Origin: Pseudomonadales bacterium
GTDB lineage: Bacteria > Pseudomonadota > Gammaproteobacteria > Pseudomonadales > Azotimanducaceae
Direction of reading: 5' to 3'
Length of the DNA: 64,000 nt
Assembly: GCA_050185825.1 (NCBI GenBank)
Contig: JBFWZA010000013.1
Location: 76,445 to 140,444 of the forward strand
The notes beneath the pieces are model-generated. The model had not been told where the DNA came from. It searched no databases and saw nothing but the letters and a program-made list of their open reading frames with translations. Position numbers and translations under genes: made by a program. This document shows, one piece after another, positions 28,163 to 37,923 of this stretch (its first letter is position 1; each line of letters starts with the position of its first letter).

Positions 28163-28756
28163 ATGGAAACCGTCATCGTACTCGTCGTCGTCGCGGTCAT
28201 CGCGTTCTGGATCGTCAGCATCTACAACAAGCTCGTCGCGCTCAGAAACCGTTTCAAGAACGCTTTCTCTCAGATCGAGGTGCAGCTGAAGCGTCGCTAC
28301 GACCTCATCCCGAATCTGGTGGAAACCGCCAAGGCATACATGAGCCACGAGCGCGAGACCCTGGAGGCGGTGATCGCCGCCCGCAACCAGGCCATGGCCG
28401 GGCTGCAGCGTGCCGCCGCCGATCCGACCAACGCGGACGCGATAAGGCAGCTCGGCAGCGCGGAAGGTGCGCTGGCCGGGGCGCTCGGCCGGCTCAACGT
28501 GGTGATGGAGGCCTATCCGGATCTCAAGGCCAACCAGAACATGATGCAGCTCTCCGAGGAGCTGACCAGCACGGAGAACAAGGTCGCCTTCTCACGGCAG
28601 GCCTACAACGACCAGGTGACCGAGTACAACACCTACAAGCAGACCTTCCCGCCGGTGGTGTTCGCCAACTTCTTCGGCCACTCGGAGGATGCGGAGCTCC
28701 TCGAGTACGAAGACCGGGAAGCCATGCAGGCAGCGCCGAAGGTCTCCTTCAACTGA
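28163..28756 (+). CDS. lemA: LemA family protein
   Basis: ATG 28163 follows AAGGAGAGG. One N-terminal TM helix and LemA motifs (YNKLVALRN, QLKRRYDLIPNLVE, EAYPDLKAN, RQAYNDQV). Confidence 0.9.
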   Translation: METVIVLVVVAVIAFWIVSIYNKLVALRNRFKNAFSQIEVQLKRRYDLIPNLVETAKAYMSHERETLEAVIAARNQAMAGLQRAAADPTNADAIRQLGSAEGALAGALGRLNVVMEAYPDLKANQNMMQLSEELTSTENKVAFSRQAYNDQVTEYNTYKQTFPPVVFANFFGHSEDAELLEYEDREAMQAAPKVSFN

Positions 28757-28787
28757 TCGTCGCGTCCCTCATCGCCGGGACGGATCG

Positions 28788-30749
28788 GTGAATTTCTTTC
28801 AGGCGCAGGACGACGCGCGGAAGAAGACCGTGCGTCTGGCGCTGCTGTTCGGCGCGGCGGTACTGAGCCTCATCCTGCTCACGAACCTGCTGGTGGCGAT
28901 GGTCTACGTCTCCACCCGCGGCTATGTTCAGGTTCAGCCTCAGAGCCTCACCGGACTCCTTGCCACCCTGCCCACCGAGACCTGGATCTTCATCTCGCTC
29001 GGCGTCATCGGCGTGGTCGGGGTCGCGAGCCTCTACAAATACCTCATGATCCAGGGCGGCGGCCGCACCATCGCCGAGTCGCTCGGTGGTCAGCTCCTCA
29101 CCTACGACGGCACGAGCGGCAACACCCGCCGGCTGCTCAATGTGGTGGAGGAGATGGCCATCGCCTCGGGCGTGCCGGTGCCACCCGTCTACCTGATTCC
29201 CGAATCGAGCATCAACGCCCTCGCCGCCGGCTTCGGCCCGGACGACGCGGTGATCGGCGTGAACCAGGGCACCGTGGATCTGCTGTCGAGGGACGAGTTG
29301 CAGGGCGTGATCGCCCACGAGTTCAGCCACATTCTGAACGGCGACACCACCATCAATCTCAGGCTCATCGCCATCCTGCACGGCATCCTGTTCCTCGGCA
29401 TGGTCGGCTACGGCATCCTGCGTGGCGTGCGCTTCGGCGGCCGGCGCAGCAACGGCGGCGGCGCGCTGCCGGTGCTGCTGCTGGGCGTCGGCCTGCTTGT
29501 CATCGGCTACAGTGGGACGTTCTTCGGCAACCTGATCAAGGCGGCCGTCAGCCGCCAGCGGGAGTACCTGGCGGATGCGGCGGCAGTGCAGTTCACGCGC
29601 AACCCGCCGGGCATCGGTGGCGCCCTGAAGAAGATCGGCGGTTACAGCGAGGGCAGCACCATCCGACGGCCGGCCGCCACGGAAGCCAGCCACATGTTCT
29701 TCGGCCAGGTCCGCCGGCTGTTCCTCAACCCGCTCACCGCCACCCACCCCCCGCTGGAGAAGCGCATCCGGGCCATCGATCCGGGCTGGGACGGCACCTA
29801 CCCTGTGGTCACGCCGGTTCCCCTGGCGGAGGAGACACAGGACACGCCGGATCTAGCCGCGCCAGGATTGGCGCGCGGCCTCGCCACGGCTGCAGCCGCG
29901 GCCGGAATGGTGCTCGAAGCGGGACCCGAGCAGGTGGCGGAGCGGGTGGGCACCCTGGACCAGGCAGGGCTCGCCAGCGCCCAGACCCTGATCGCCGGCA
30001 TCGATCCCGCGCTCAGGGAAGCCGCGCACGATCCGTGGGGTGCCCGCGGCCTCGTTTACGCCATGCTGCTCGACCCGGAGCCGGCAATCCGGGAGCGACA
30101 GTTCACGCACCTGCAGGCGGCAGCGGAAACCGGTGTGCCTGCGTACACGGCCCGACTCACAACACCGCTCGCGGGCACGGACCTGCCCCGGCGGCTGGCG
30201 CTGGTGGAGATGGCCATGCCGGCGCTGAAGGCCCTTTCCCGGCCACAGTACGACCGGTTCATCCGCAACCTCGTGGAGCTGGTGAAGATGGACCAGCGCA
30301 TCAGCCTGCCCGAGTGGGTCCTGCATCGCCTGCTGGTTCAGGAGCTCACGCCGCACTTCGAAGGACCGCGCCGCGTGCGGCCCCGTTATGGCCGTATCGA
30401 GCAGGTTGCCGACGAGATCGCCACCGTGCTCAGCACCCTGGCACGGTTCGGGCAGACGGGTTCGGAAGCCAGAGCGGCCGCGTTCGCTGCCGGGATGGAG
30501 ACGCTGAACCTGCGCGGCAGCCATCTGCGCGGCATCGACGAAGCGGCAGACGAGAACTTCAACCGGCTGAACGGCGCGCTCCGCGAGCTGCGCAAGCTCA
30601 AGCCGCTGGCGAAGCCGAAGGTGCTCAAAGCCTGCGCGGCTACCGTCACTGCCGACGGCCACGTTTCCGGCACCGAAGGCGCGCTGCTGCAGGGCATCGC
30701 CGCAGCGCTCGACTGCCCGCTGCCGCCGTCCATCTACGCCGCACCCTGA
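28788..30749 (+). CDS. M48-family zinc metallopeptidase with a roughly 300-aa C-terminal extension
   Basis: ORF 28689..30749 trimmed to GTG 28788. TM helices, the zinc motif AHEFSHILNGD and a downstream REYLADA. The C-terminal half has no peptidase motifs, and its last roughly 60 aa look TerB-like (TADGHVSGTEGALLQGIAAAL). Confidence 0.8.
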   Translation: MNFFQAQDDARKKTVRLALLFGAAVLSLILLTNLLVAMVYVSTRGYVQVQPQSLTGLLATLPTETWIFISLGVIGVVGVASLYKYLMIQGGGRTIAESLGGQLLTYDGTSGNTRRLLNVVEEMAIASGVPVPPVYLIPESSINALAAGFGPDDAVIGVNQGTVDLLSRDELQGVIAHEFSHILNGDTTINLRLIAILHGILFLGMVGYGILRGVRFGGRRSNGGGALPVLLLGVGLLVIGYSGTFFGNLIKAAVSRQREYLADAAAVQFTRNPPGIGGALKKIGGYSEGSTIRRPAATEASHMFFGQVRRLFLNPLTATHPPLEKRIRAIDPGWDGTYPVVTPVPLAEETQDTPDLAAPGLARGLATAAAAAGMVLEAGPEQVAERVGTLDQAGLASAQTLIAGIDPALREAAHDPWGARGLVYAMLLDPEPAIRERQFTHLQAAAETGVPAYTARLTTPLAGTDLPRRLALVEMAMPALKALSRPQYDRFIRNLVELVKMDQRISLPEWVLHRLLVQELTPHFEGPRRVRPRYGRIEQVADEIATVLSTLARFGQTGSEARAAAFAAGMETLNLRGSHLRGIDEAADENFNRLNGALRELRKLKPLAKPKVLKACAATVTADGHVSGTEGALLQGIAAALDCPLPPSIYAAP

Positions 30750-30857
30750 GCGTCTGCGAAACACGTCAGGTTTACAGACCGTTTCCCCCCACTACAATGA
30801 CCGCCAGGCATGCAAGCGGTAGGCAGGGGAGTCCGTTCCGGTCGGACTGCCTCCAAC

Positions 30858-32381
30858 ATGGCTGAATCCAGCCCGATCAATTCCGAACGATCCGACCAAC
30901 CCGACACCCGGGAGCGACAGCTCGCCGCCCTGGATCTGGGCTCGAACAGCTTTCACCTGCTGGTGGCGCAGGAGTCGAACGGACGCCTGCAGGTGGTCGA
31001 TCGGATCAAGGAAATGGTCCGCCTCGCCGAAGGCATCGAAGCCAACAAGTCACTGAATCCCGAGGTGGTGGCGCGCGCGCTCGACTGCCTGGTCCGCTTC
31101 AGCCAGCGGCTGCGCGGGCTCGCACCCGAGGACATCCGCGTGGTCGGCACCAGCACGCTGCGGCGGGCGAGTAACGCGAACGCTTTTCTCGACGAGGCGG
31201 AACGCATCCTCGGTACCGAGGTGGAGATCATCTCCGGCCGCGAGGAAGCACGCCTGATCTACCTCGGCGTGTCACACGCGCTCGAGGACACCTCGGATCG
31301 CCGGCTGGTGGTGGACATCGGCGGCGGCAGCACCGAGCTGATCCTCGGCCGCCGGTTTCGTGCCGAGGTCATGGAGAGCCTGCACATGGGCTGCGTGGGC
31401 ATGACGAAGCGCTGCTTCGGCGACGGCCGGTTGCGCATGGGCCAGTTCAAGGCCGCCATCAACATCGCCCGCCAGGAGCTGGAGCCCCTGGAGCGGCCAT
31501 TCACGGAAGCCGGTTGGGATCTCGCCATCGGCGCCTCCGGCACGATCCTGGCCGTGCAGGACATCCTCGCTCAGCTTTCACCCGGCACCACGAGCCCCAT
31601 CACGCTCGAGGGGCTGAAGACCATCAGAAAGGTGCTGATCGACGCCAAGCAGATCGACAAGATCAGCCTGCCCGGGCTGCCCGGCGAGCGGGCACCCGTG
31701 TTCGCCGGCGGCTTGAGCATCCTCATCGGCATCTTCGAGTCCCTGAACATCCGCGAAATGCACGCCACCAGCGGCGCCCTGCGCGAGGGGCTCATCTACG
31801 ATCTGCTCGGTCGCGTGCAGCACCAGGACGTACGCGAATCCACCGTGCAGAGCCTGATCAACCGCTATCACATCGATGCCACACACGCCCGGCATGTCCG
31901 GGAAACGGCGATCTCGCTGCTCGCCCAGATTGCGACGGCCTGGGAGCTGACCGAACCGTCGGACAAGCTGCTCCTCTCCTGGGCAGCGGACCTGCATGAG
32001 ATCGGTATGGACATCGCGCACAGCCAGTACCACAAGCACGGCGGCTACCTGCTCCTGAACATGGACATGCCGGGGTTCTCCAGACAGGACCAGCACTTCC
32101 TGGCGGCACTGGTCCGAACCCACCGCCGGAAGCTGCCGCCCGAGGAGTTCGAGCTCTCGGAGCGGATCCTGCGGCTCGCCGTGCTGCTCAGGATCAGCGT
32201 GGTGCTGCATCGGGGGCGAACCAGCGATCCCCTGCCCCACGTGCAGCTGAAGGTGAAGGAGAAGAAGATCCACCTCGAGGTACCGGCCGGGTGGCTGAGC
32301 CACCACCCGCTCACCGAGCTCGACCTGGCCCAGGAGTCGAGCTACCTGAAGGCCGTCGGCTACGACCTCACCACGTCCTGA
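30858..32381 (+). CDS. ppx: exopolyphosphatase (Ppx/GppA family)
   Basis: Motifs ALDLGSNSFHLLVA, DIGGGSTELI, and a C-terminal HD-like region. The start is ATG 30858 or 30810. Confidence 0.85.
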   Translation: MAESSPINSERSDQPDTRERQLAALDLGSNSFHLLVAQESNGRLQVVDRIKEMVRLAEGIEANKSLNPEVVARALDCLVRFSQRLRGLAPEDIRVVGTSTLRRASNANAFLDEAERILGTEVEIISGREEARLIYLGVSHALEDTSDRRLVVDIGGGSTELILGRRFRAEVMESLHMGCVGMTKRCFGDGRLRMGQFKAAINIARQELEPLERPFTEAGWDLAIGASGTILAVQDILAQLSPGTTSPITLEGLKTIRKVLIDAKQIDKISLPGLPGERAPVFAGGLSILIGIFESLNIREMHATSGALREGLIYDLLGRVQHQDVRESTVQSLINRYHIDATHARHVRETAISLLAQIATAWELTEPSDKLLLSWAADLHEIGMDIAHSQYHKHGGYLLLNMDMPGFSRQDQHFLAALVRTHRRKLPPEEFELSERILRLAVLLRISVVLHRGRTSDPLPHVQLKVKEKKIHLEVPAGWLSHHPLTELDLAQESSYLKAVGYDLTTS

Positions 32382-32383
32382 AG

Positions 32384-34447
32384 TCAGCTGCCGAGCTCCT
32401 GCAGCAGCGTTTCCTGTGCACTCTTCCGCCCGCCCGTCCCCGGTGACAGCTTCTGGTAGCTGCCGTCGGCATTCAGCGTCCAGGCCTGTGCGTTGTCCGT
32501 CAGGTAGAGCCGGCACTCACTGAGAATGCGCTTCTTGATCGCCGGATCCTCGATGGGAAAGCACGTTTCCACCCGGTTGAAGAAGTTGCGTCCCATCCAG
32601 TCGGCGCTGGACAGATAGAGCTTCGGATCGCCGTCGTTCTCGAAGTGGAAGACGCGGGTGTGCTCGAGAAACCGCCCCACCACGGAACGGACCCGGATGT
32701 TGCTCGACACATCCTTCACCCCCGGCCGCAGCGCGCAGATGCCGCGCACCACCAGGTCGATCTTCACCCCCGCACGCGACGCCCGATACAGCGCCTGGAT
32801 GACCTGCGGCTCCACCAGCGAGTTCATCTTCGCGAAGATGTAGGCTGGTCTGCCCTGTGAGGCGTTGCCGGCTTCCTGCTCGATCAGATTGAGGATCGTC
32901 CGGTGCAGCGTGAAGGGCGACTGCAGCATCTTCTTCAGCCGGCCCGCCTTGCCCATGGAGGTGAGCTGCTGGAAGATCTGCTGCACGTCCTCGCCGAGGT
33001 CGGGGTCGCGGGTGAAGAGACCGTAGTCGGTGTACAGACGGGTGGTGCGCTGGTGGTAGTTACCCGTGCCGAGGTGCACGTAGCGGGCGAGGTTGCGCCC
33101 CTCGCGGCGCACCACCATGCTCATCTTGGAATGAGTCTTGTGCCCCACCACCCCGTACACCACCTGCGCACCCACACGCTGCAGGTGGTTGGCGAGCTCG
33201 ATGTTGTCCTCCTCGTCGAAGCGCGCCCGGAGCTCGATGACCACCAGCACCTCCTTGCCGTTGGCGGCCGCCCGGGTCAGGGCCTCCACCACAGCCGAGT
33301 CCGGGCCGGTGCGGTACAGGGTCTGGCGGATGGAGAGCACCTGCGGATCTGCCGCCGCCTGGCGCAGAAACTCGATGAACGGCGCGAAGGACTCGAAGGG
33401 GTGATGCACCAGGATGTCGCCGTCCCGGATGGCCTCGAAGGGATCGCTGGCGCCCTTGAACCGCTCGGGCACGCTGGGGGTGAAGCCCGGGTACTTCAAC
33501 TCCGGCCGGTCCACCAGATCCGGCACGGCCGCCAGGCGCATCAGGTTCACCGGCCCGTTGCAGCGATACACGTCGTCCCGGTTGAGGCGGAACTGGGCGA
33601 GCAGAAAGGCTTCCAGATCGTCCGGGCAGTCCACATCCACCTCGAGCCGGACGGCGTCCCCGAAACGACGCGAAGACAGCTCGCCCTCCACCGCCCTGAG
33701 CAGGTCGTCCACCTCCTCCAGATCCACGAAGAGATCGCTGTTGCGGGTGACACGGAACGGGTAGGCGCCCGTCGCCGTCATGCCCGGAAACAGGCTGCCC
33801 ACGTGGGCCTCGATGATGGAGGACAGCAGCACGAACTCGTAACGTGACGCCGCGACGGTGTCCGGCAGGCGCACGACCCGGGGAAACGCCCGGGGCGCGT
33901 GGACGATGGCCCGGCCGATCTGCCGACCGAACGCGTCCTGGCCCTCCAGGGTGACGATGAAGTTGAGGCCCTTGTTGAGCGGCTGCGGAAACGGGTGAGC
34001 CGGGTCCAGAGCAATGGGGCTCATCACCGGCGCGACTTCCTTCCTGAAGTAGCGCTTCAGCCACTGCCGCTGCCTGTCGTTCCAGTCACCGGCTTCCAGC
34101 AGGCGGATTCCCTGAATGTCGAGCTTCGGGATCAGCACCTCGTTGAGCACCCGGTACTGCTCGGCGACGAGACTTTCTGCAATCCCCCTGATCTGCCGGA
34201 GCTGCTCCGAGGGAGACAGGTTGTCGGGCCCACGCTGGCTGGCCCCCACCGCTTCCTGCTGCTTCAGGCCCGCGACGCGGATCTCGAAGAATTCGTCCAG
34301 GATGGCGCTGGCGATGGTCAGGAACCGGAGCCGCTCGAGCAGCGGCACGTCCTCGTCCTGCGCCTGGGCCAGCACCCGCCGGTTGAACTCGAGCAGCGAC
34401 AACTCGCGGTTGATGTAGAGCTCGGGATTCTGCAGATCGACTTCCAT
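32384..34447 (-). CDS. ppk: polyphosphate kinase 1
   Basis: The 687-aa tail of track ORF 32384..35362, starting at ATG 34447 (MEVDLQNPELYINRELSLLEFNRRVL). Motifs GHKTHSKM and GRFLEHTRV. Lies tail-to-tail with ppx, with 2 nt between the stops. Confidence 0.92.
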   Translation of the reverse strand: MEVDLQNPELYINRELSLLEFNRRVLAQAQDEDVPLLERLRFLTIASAILDEFFEIRVAGLKQQEAVGASQRGPDNLSPSEQLRQIRGIAESLVAEQYRVLNEVLIPKLDIQGIRLLEAGDWNDRQRQWLKRYFRKEVAPVMSPIALDPAHPFPQPLNKGLNFIVTLEGQDAFGRQIGRAIVHAPRAFPRVVRLPDTVAASRYEFVLLSSIIEAHVGSLFPGMTATGAYPFRVTRNSDLFVDLEEVDDLLRAVEGELSSRRFGDAVRLEVDVDCPDDLEAFLLAQFRLNRDDVYRCNGPVNLMRLAAVPDLVDRPELKYPGFTPSVPERFKGASDPFEAIRDGDILVHHPFESFAPFIEFLRQAAADPQVLSIRQTLYRTGPDSAVVEALTRAAANGKEVLVVIELRARFDEEDNIELANHLQRVGAQVVYGVVGHKTHSKMSMVVRREGRNLARYVHLGTGNYHQRTTRLYTDYGLFTRDPDLGEDVQQIFQQLTSMGKAGRLKKMLQSPFTLHRTILNLIEQEAGNASQGRPAYIFAKMNSLVEPQVIQALYRASRAGVKIDLVVRGICALRPGVKDVSSNIRVRSVVGRFLEHTRVFHFENDGDPKLYLSSADWMGRNFFNRVETCFPIEDPAIKKRILSECRLYLTDNAQAWTLNADGSYQKLSPGTGGRKSAQETLLQELGS

Positions 34448-34606
34448 CGCGCTCAAGTTCCTTGGCAATCCGGCCCGGGCGTGCTTCCGGCAGACACGCT
34501 GTCCTACACTAGCGCCCGGACCTCCGCCGACGCCGGGCCGGCCTGGGTCGGGCCGGCTGCAGCCGCCGAACGGGCGAGGATAGCACGTGATTTTTACCGA
34601 ATTGTT

Positions 34607-35341
34607 ATGAGCAGAGACCGGGTATTCAGCGAGCCTCGGGCACAGATCGTCGACTTCGTCTTCGACGAGGCGGTGGCCGACGTCTTTCCCGACATGATCC
34701 GCAGATCCGTACCCGGCTACGAGCTGATCGTGCCCATGACCGGCCTGCTGGCCGCCCGGGCAGCCGCCGGCGTGGACCAGCCGCGCGTCTACGATCTCGG
34801 CTGCTCCCTGGGTGCGACGACGCTGGCGGTGCTGCACGCCGCCGCGGCGCTCGGGATGCAGGCGCCGGATCTGTCCGTGGTTGCGGTAGACAACTCCCCT
34901 GCCATGCTCGATCAGGCCAGACGCACGGTCACGGATCCCCGGGTGACGTTTCTGGAAGCGGACGTCACCACCCTGCCCCTGGAGCCCGCCCGGGCGGTGA
35001 TCATGAACTGGGTGCTGCAGTTCCTGGCCCCGCACAGCCGCGGGCCGCTGCTGACACGCATCCGGAAATCCCTGCAGGCTGGGGGCGTGCTGCTGCTCGC
35101 CGAGAAGGTGCACGACGACGACCCGGAGGCCGAAGCGTTCAACCAGGCCGTGCATCTGGATTTCAAGCGCGCCAACGGCTACTCCGAGCTCGAGATCAGC
35201 CAGAAGCGCACGGCCCTGGAGCAGGTGCTCCTCACCGACACGATCGATGCCCACGTGTCGCGGCTGCAGGCCGCGGGATTCCGCGAGGTGCACGTGTGGT
35301 TTCAGTGCCTGAACTGGGCCGCGTTCGCCGCCAGGGCGTGA
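34607..35341 (+). CDS. cmoA: carboxy-S-adenosyl-L-methionine synthase
   Basis: The tail of track ORF 33899..35341, starting at ATG 34607 (MSRDRVFSEP...FDEAVADVFPDMIRRSVPGY). SAM motif VYDLGCSLGA. Confidence 0.9.
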   Translation: MSRDRVFSEPRAQIVDFVFDEAVADVFPDMIRRSVPGYELIVPMTGLLAARAAAGVDQPRVYDLGCSLGATTLAVLHAAAALGMQAPDLSVVAVDNSPAMLDQARRTVTDPRVTFLEADVTTLPLEPARAVIMNWVLQFLAPHSRGPLLTRIRKSLQAGGVLLLAEKVHDDDPEAEAFNQAVHLDFKRANGYSELEISQKRTALEQVLLTDTIDAHVSRLQAAGFREVHVWFQCLNWAAFAARA

Positions 35342-35345
35342 GGCA

Positions 35346-36323
35346 ATGACAGGCGATCCCACGCCCGCCGGGTTGCTGACGGCCCAGTCGGTCCCCCGGC
35401 AATTCGAAGCAATCCACCACTGGTCGGCACTGCTCGACGCCGCCGAGGCGCAGCTCGCCGGTCACGGCGATCTCGCGCGCTGGACCAAGGCGCTCACGGC
35501 GCTTCCGGACGTGGTGCCCGACACCGTCTGTCTCGGTGACCGGGTCGGTGTCGGCGGGCGGATCGACCCCGACGATGCCGGAACGCTGCGCGCCGCCCTC
35601 ACCGGCCTCCATCCCTGGCGCAAGGGTCCGTTCGAGCTGTTCGGCGTGCACATCGACACGGAGTGGCGCTCGGACTGGAAATGGCAACGCATCGCACCCG
35701 CCATCGGCACGCTGAACGGCGCCGAGGTGCTGGACGTGGGCTGCGGCAACGGCTACTTCGGCTGGCGGGCGCTGGGCTCGGGCGCTGCCCGCGTTCTGGC
35801 GGTGGACCCTTCCGTACTGTTCTTCCTGCAGCACCTGGCGGTCTCCCGCTACCTGGCGCCGCTCGCACCCGGCCACAACGTGCTGCTGCCCGTGGCCTTC
35901 GAGCGCCTGCCCGGGTGCACGTTCGACCTGGTGCTGTCCATGGGCGTGATCTATCACCGGCCGGACCCTGCGGAGCACGTACGGCGGCTGTTCACCCACG
36001 TCCGCCCCGGCGGACGGCTGCTGCTCGAATCCCTGGTGGTGACGGAAGGCGCGGACATAAAACCCGGAAGAACGGGACGTTATGCGCGCATGCGCAACGT
36101 CAGCATCGTGCCGCGGGTTGAACGCCTGGTCTCCTGGCTCGAGGCCGCGGGATTCACGTCGGTCACGGTGGTGGACATCACCGCCACCACCACCGGCGAG
36201 CAGCGCCGCACGCCGTGGATGACGTTCGAGTCACTCGCCGAAGCGCTGGATCCGCAGCACCCGGGGCGCACGGTCGAGGGATATCCCGCACCGGTCCGGG
36301 CGGCGCTCCTGGCAACGCGTTAG
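35346..36323 (+). CDS. cmoB: tRNA U34 carboxymethyltransferase
   Basis: 325-aa ORF starting 4 nt after cmoA. Motifs HPWRKGPFELFG, DTEWRSDWKW, VLDVGCGNGYF. Confidence 0.9.
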   Translation: MTGDPTPAGLLTAQSVPRQFEAIHHWSALLDAAEAQLAGHGDLARWTKALTALPDVVPDTVCLGDRVGVGGRIDPDDAGTLRAALTGLHPWRKGPFELFGVHIDTEWRSDWKWQRIAPAIGTLNGAEVLDVGCGNGYFGWRALGSGAARVLAVDPSVLFFLQHLAVSRYLAPLAPGHNVLLPVAFERLPGCTFDLVLSMGVIYHRPDPAEHVRRLFTHVRPGGRLLLESLVVTEGADIKPGRTGRYARMRNVSIVPRVERLVSWLEAAGFTSVTVVDITATTTGEQRRTPWMTFESLAEALDPQHPGRTVEGYPAPVRAALLATR

Positions 36324-36333
36324 ACTGCGGCGC

Positions 36334-36711
36334 ATGATCTTCGGCATCATCCCCATCCGGTTCCGTTTCCGGGGCAAGCTCCGCCGGCTCGCACAGATCT
36401 ATCAGTGCTTTCTCGACCATCCGGGCGTCGGCCTGCATCCGACCCAGATCGCGCGCTACACGGGTATCGGCTTTCAGGAGGTGAGCGTCCGGCTCGAGGC
36501 CACGCCGGAGCTGTTCGTGAAGCTGCCGCGGCGACCGGACGGCATCACGCGCTACCGGCTCACCACCGCCACGGCCGCCCGCTCGCGGGAAGAGGTAGAG
36601 CAGCTGCTCATCCGCTCCGCCCGGCGCGAGTCCTTCATCCTCTATGCGTTCGGAACGATGGTGTTCGGGATTCTGCTCATCGTCGTCATTCTGATCGCGC
36701 CGGCGCTGTAG
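36334..36711 (+). CDS. tail-anchored small protein of unknown function
   Basis: 125-aa ORF with strong GC3 bias, starting 10 nt after cmoB. It has a possible wHTH-like N-terminal region and one C-terminal TM helix (ILYAFGTMVFGILLIVVILIAPAL). Confidence 0.55.
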   Translation: MIFGIIPIRFRFRGKLRRLAQIYQCFLDHPGVGLHPTQIARYTGIGFQEVSVRLEATPELFVKLPRRPDGITRYRLTTATAARSREEVEQLLIRSARRESFILYAFGTMVFGILLIVVILIAPAL

Positions 36712-36777
36712 CCTCACCACACGCGACCGTCTGCCAGGCCAGCTATTTTTGACAAGTCAACCAACAGGAAACCCTTC

Positions 36778-37887
36778 ATGCCCGAGATGCTGAACGAAGA
36801 GGAGCGCGCCCTCGCCGAGCGGGCCGGACGTTTCGCCGAGGTGGTGCTGCTGCCCCTGGCAGGCGCGGACCCGATCACTGCCCGGGCCGAGGTCGTCGCG
36901 AAGAGCCAGGACGCCGGCTTCTTCGCCATGACCCAGCCACGGGCCTTCGGCGGCACGGAGGCCGGGGCGCTGGCGCTGACGGTGGTCCGCGACGAGCTTG
37001 CCGCACGGAACGCGCCGTTCACCCACGCCGTCTTCGGTCCCGGGCCCGGTGTGCTCGGTGGAGCGGAAGGTCCTCTCAGGCAGACTCATCTCGAGCCTCT
37101 GCTCGCCGGCCGGCTGCGCGGCGGCTTCGGCTTCACCGAGCCGGACGACGCGCCCTCTCCCACCACGGCCGTCGCGGAAGGCGATACGTATGTGGTCAAC
37201 GGCCAGAAGTCCTACGTCACCGGCGGCGCCGACGCGGACTTCATCAATACGCTGGTGCAGATCCCGGGCAAGGGGCCCGCCATGCTGGTGATCGACACCG
37301 GCGCACCGGGCGTGAAGCTGACACGCCGGTTTCATTCGCTCGACGGCAGTCATCACGCCGCGTTCGAGTTCATCGACGTCCGGGTACCGGCGACCCACCT
37401 GATCGGCAAACCCGGCGAAGGGCTGCCCCGGGCGCTCTCCCAGATCGGCGACACGCGGCTCGCCTTCGCGGCGAGCGCCGTCGGCACGCTGCGCTGGCTG
37501 GACGGCTATCTCATCAACCACCTGAAGCAGCCGGATCGGACCGGCAGGCCACGCGGCGACAAGGAAGGTATGCGCCTGCGCTATGCCGACATCCGCCTGA
37601 AAGGATACGCCGCCCGCAGCATGGTCTACCGGACCGCGCGGCTGGCGGACGCAGGCGAGAACACGATCAACGAGGCGATCGCCAGCAAGGTCTTTACCAC
37701 GGAGCTCGTCGGCGAGGCGGTGGATACCGCCATTCAGCTGGTGGGCGGCGCCGCCCTGGTGGTGGGCCACCCGCTGGAGGCTCTCTACCGGCAGGTACGT
37801 TCGCTGCGGCTGGCGGAAGGTGCGAGCGATGTGCTCCGGCTCAATCTCGCCCGGGGAGCGCTCGAGCTGGGCAAGGGGCGCATCTGA
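36778..37887 (+). CDS. acyl-CoA dehydrogenase family protein
   Basis: 369-aa ORF with ACAD middle and C-terminal patterns (FGFTEPD, VNGQKSYVTGG, LAEGASDVLRLNLAR). Confidence 0.8.
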   Translation: MPEMLNEEERALAERAGRFAEVVLLPLAGADPITARAEVVAKSQDAGFFAMTQPRAFGGTEAGALALTVVRDELAARNAPFTHAVFGPGPGVLGGAEGPLRQTHLEPLLAGRLRGGFGFTEPDDAPSPTTAVAEGDTYVVNGQKSYVTGGADADFINTLVQIPGKGPAMLVIDTGAPGVKLTRRFHSLDGSHHAAFEFIDVRVPATHLIGKPGEGLPRALSQIGDTRLAFAASAVGTLRWLDGYLINHLKQPDRTGRPRGDKEGMRLRYADIRLKGYAARSMVYRTARLADAGENTINEAIASKVFTTELVGEAVDTAIQLVGGAALVVGHPLEALYRQVRSLRLAEGASDVLRLNLARGALELGKGRI

Positions 37888-37923
37888 CCCGGGCCATCCT
37901 TGCCGCCGGCGCGACGGAGCGCA

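Noticed and set aside
32379-32386. ppx and ppk1 arranged tail-to-tail with 2 nt between the stop codons, as an anomaly.
   Set aside because: Convergent ppk/ppx is the arrangement I recall for Pseudomonas. It is unusual relative to E. coli but not novel.
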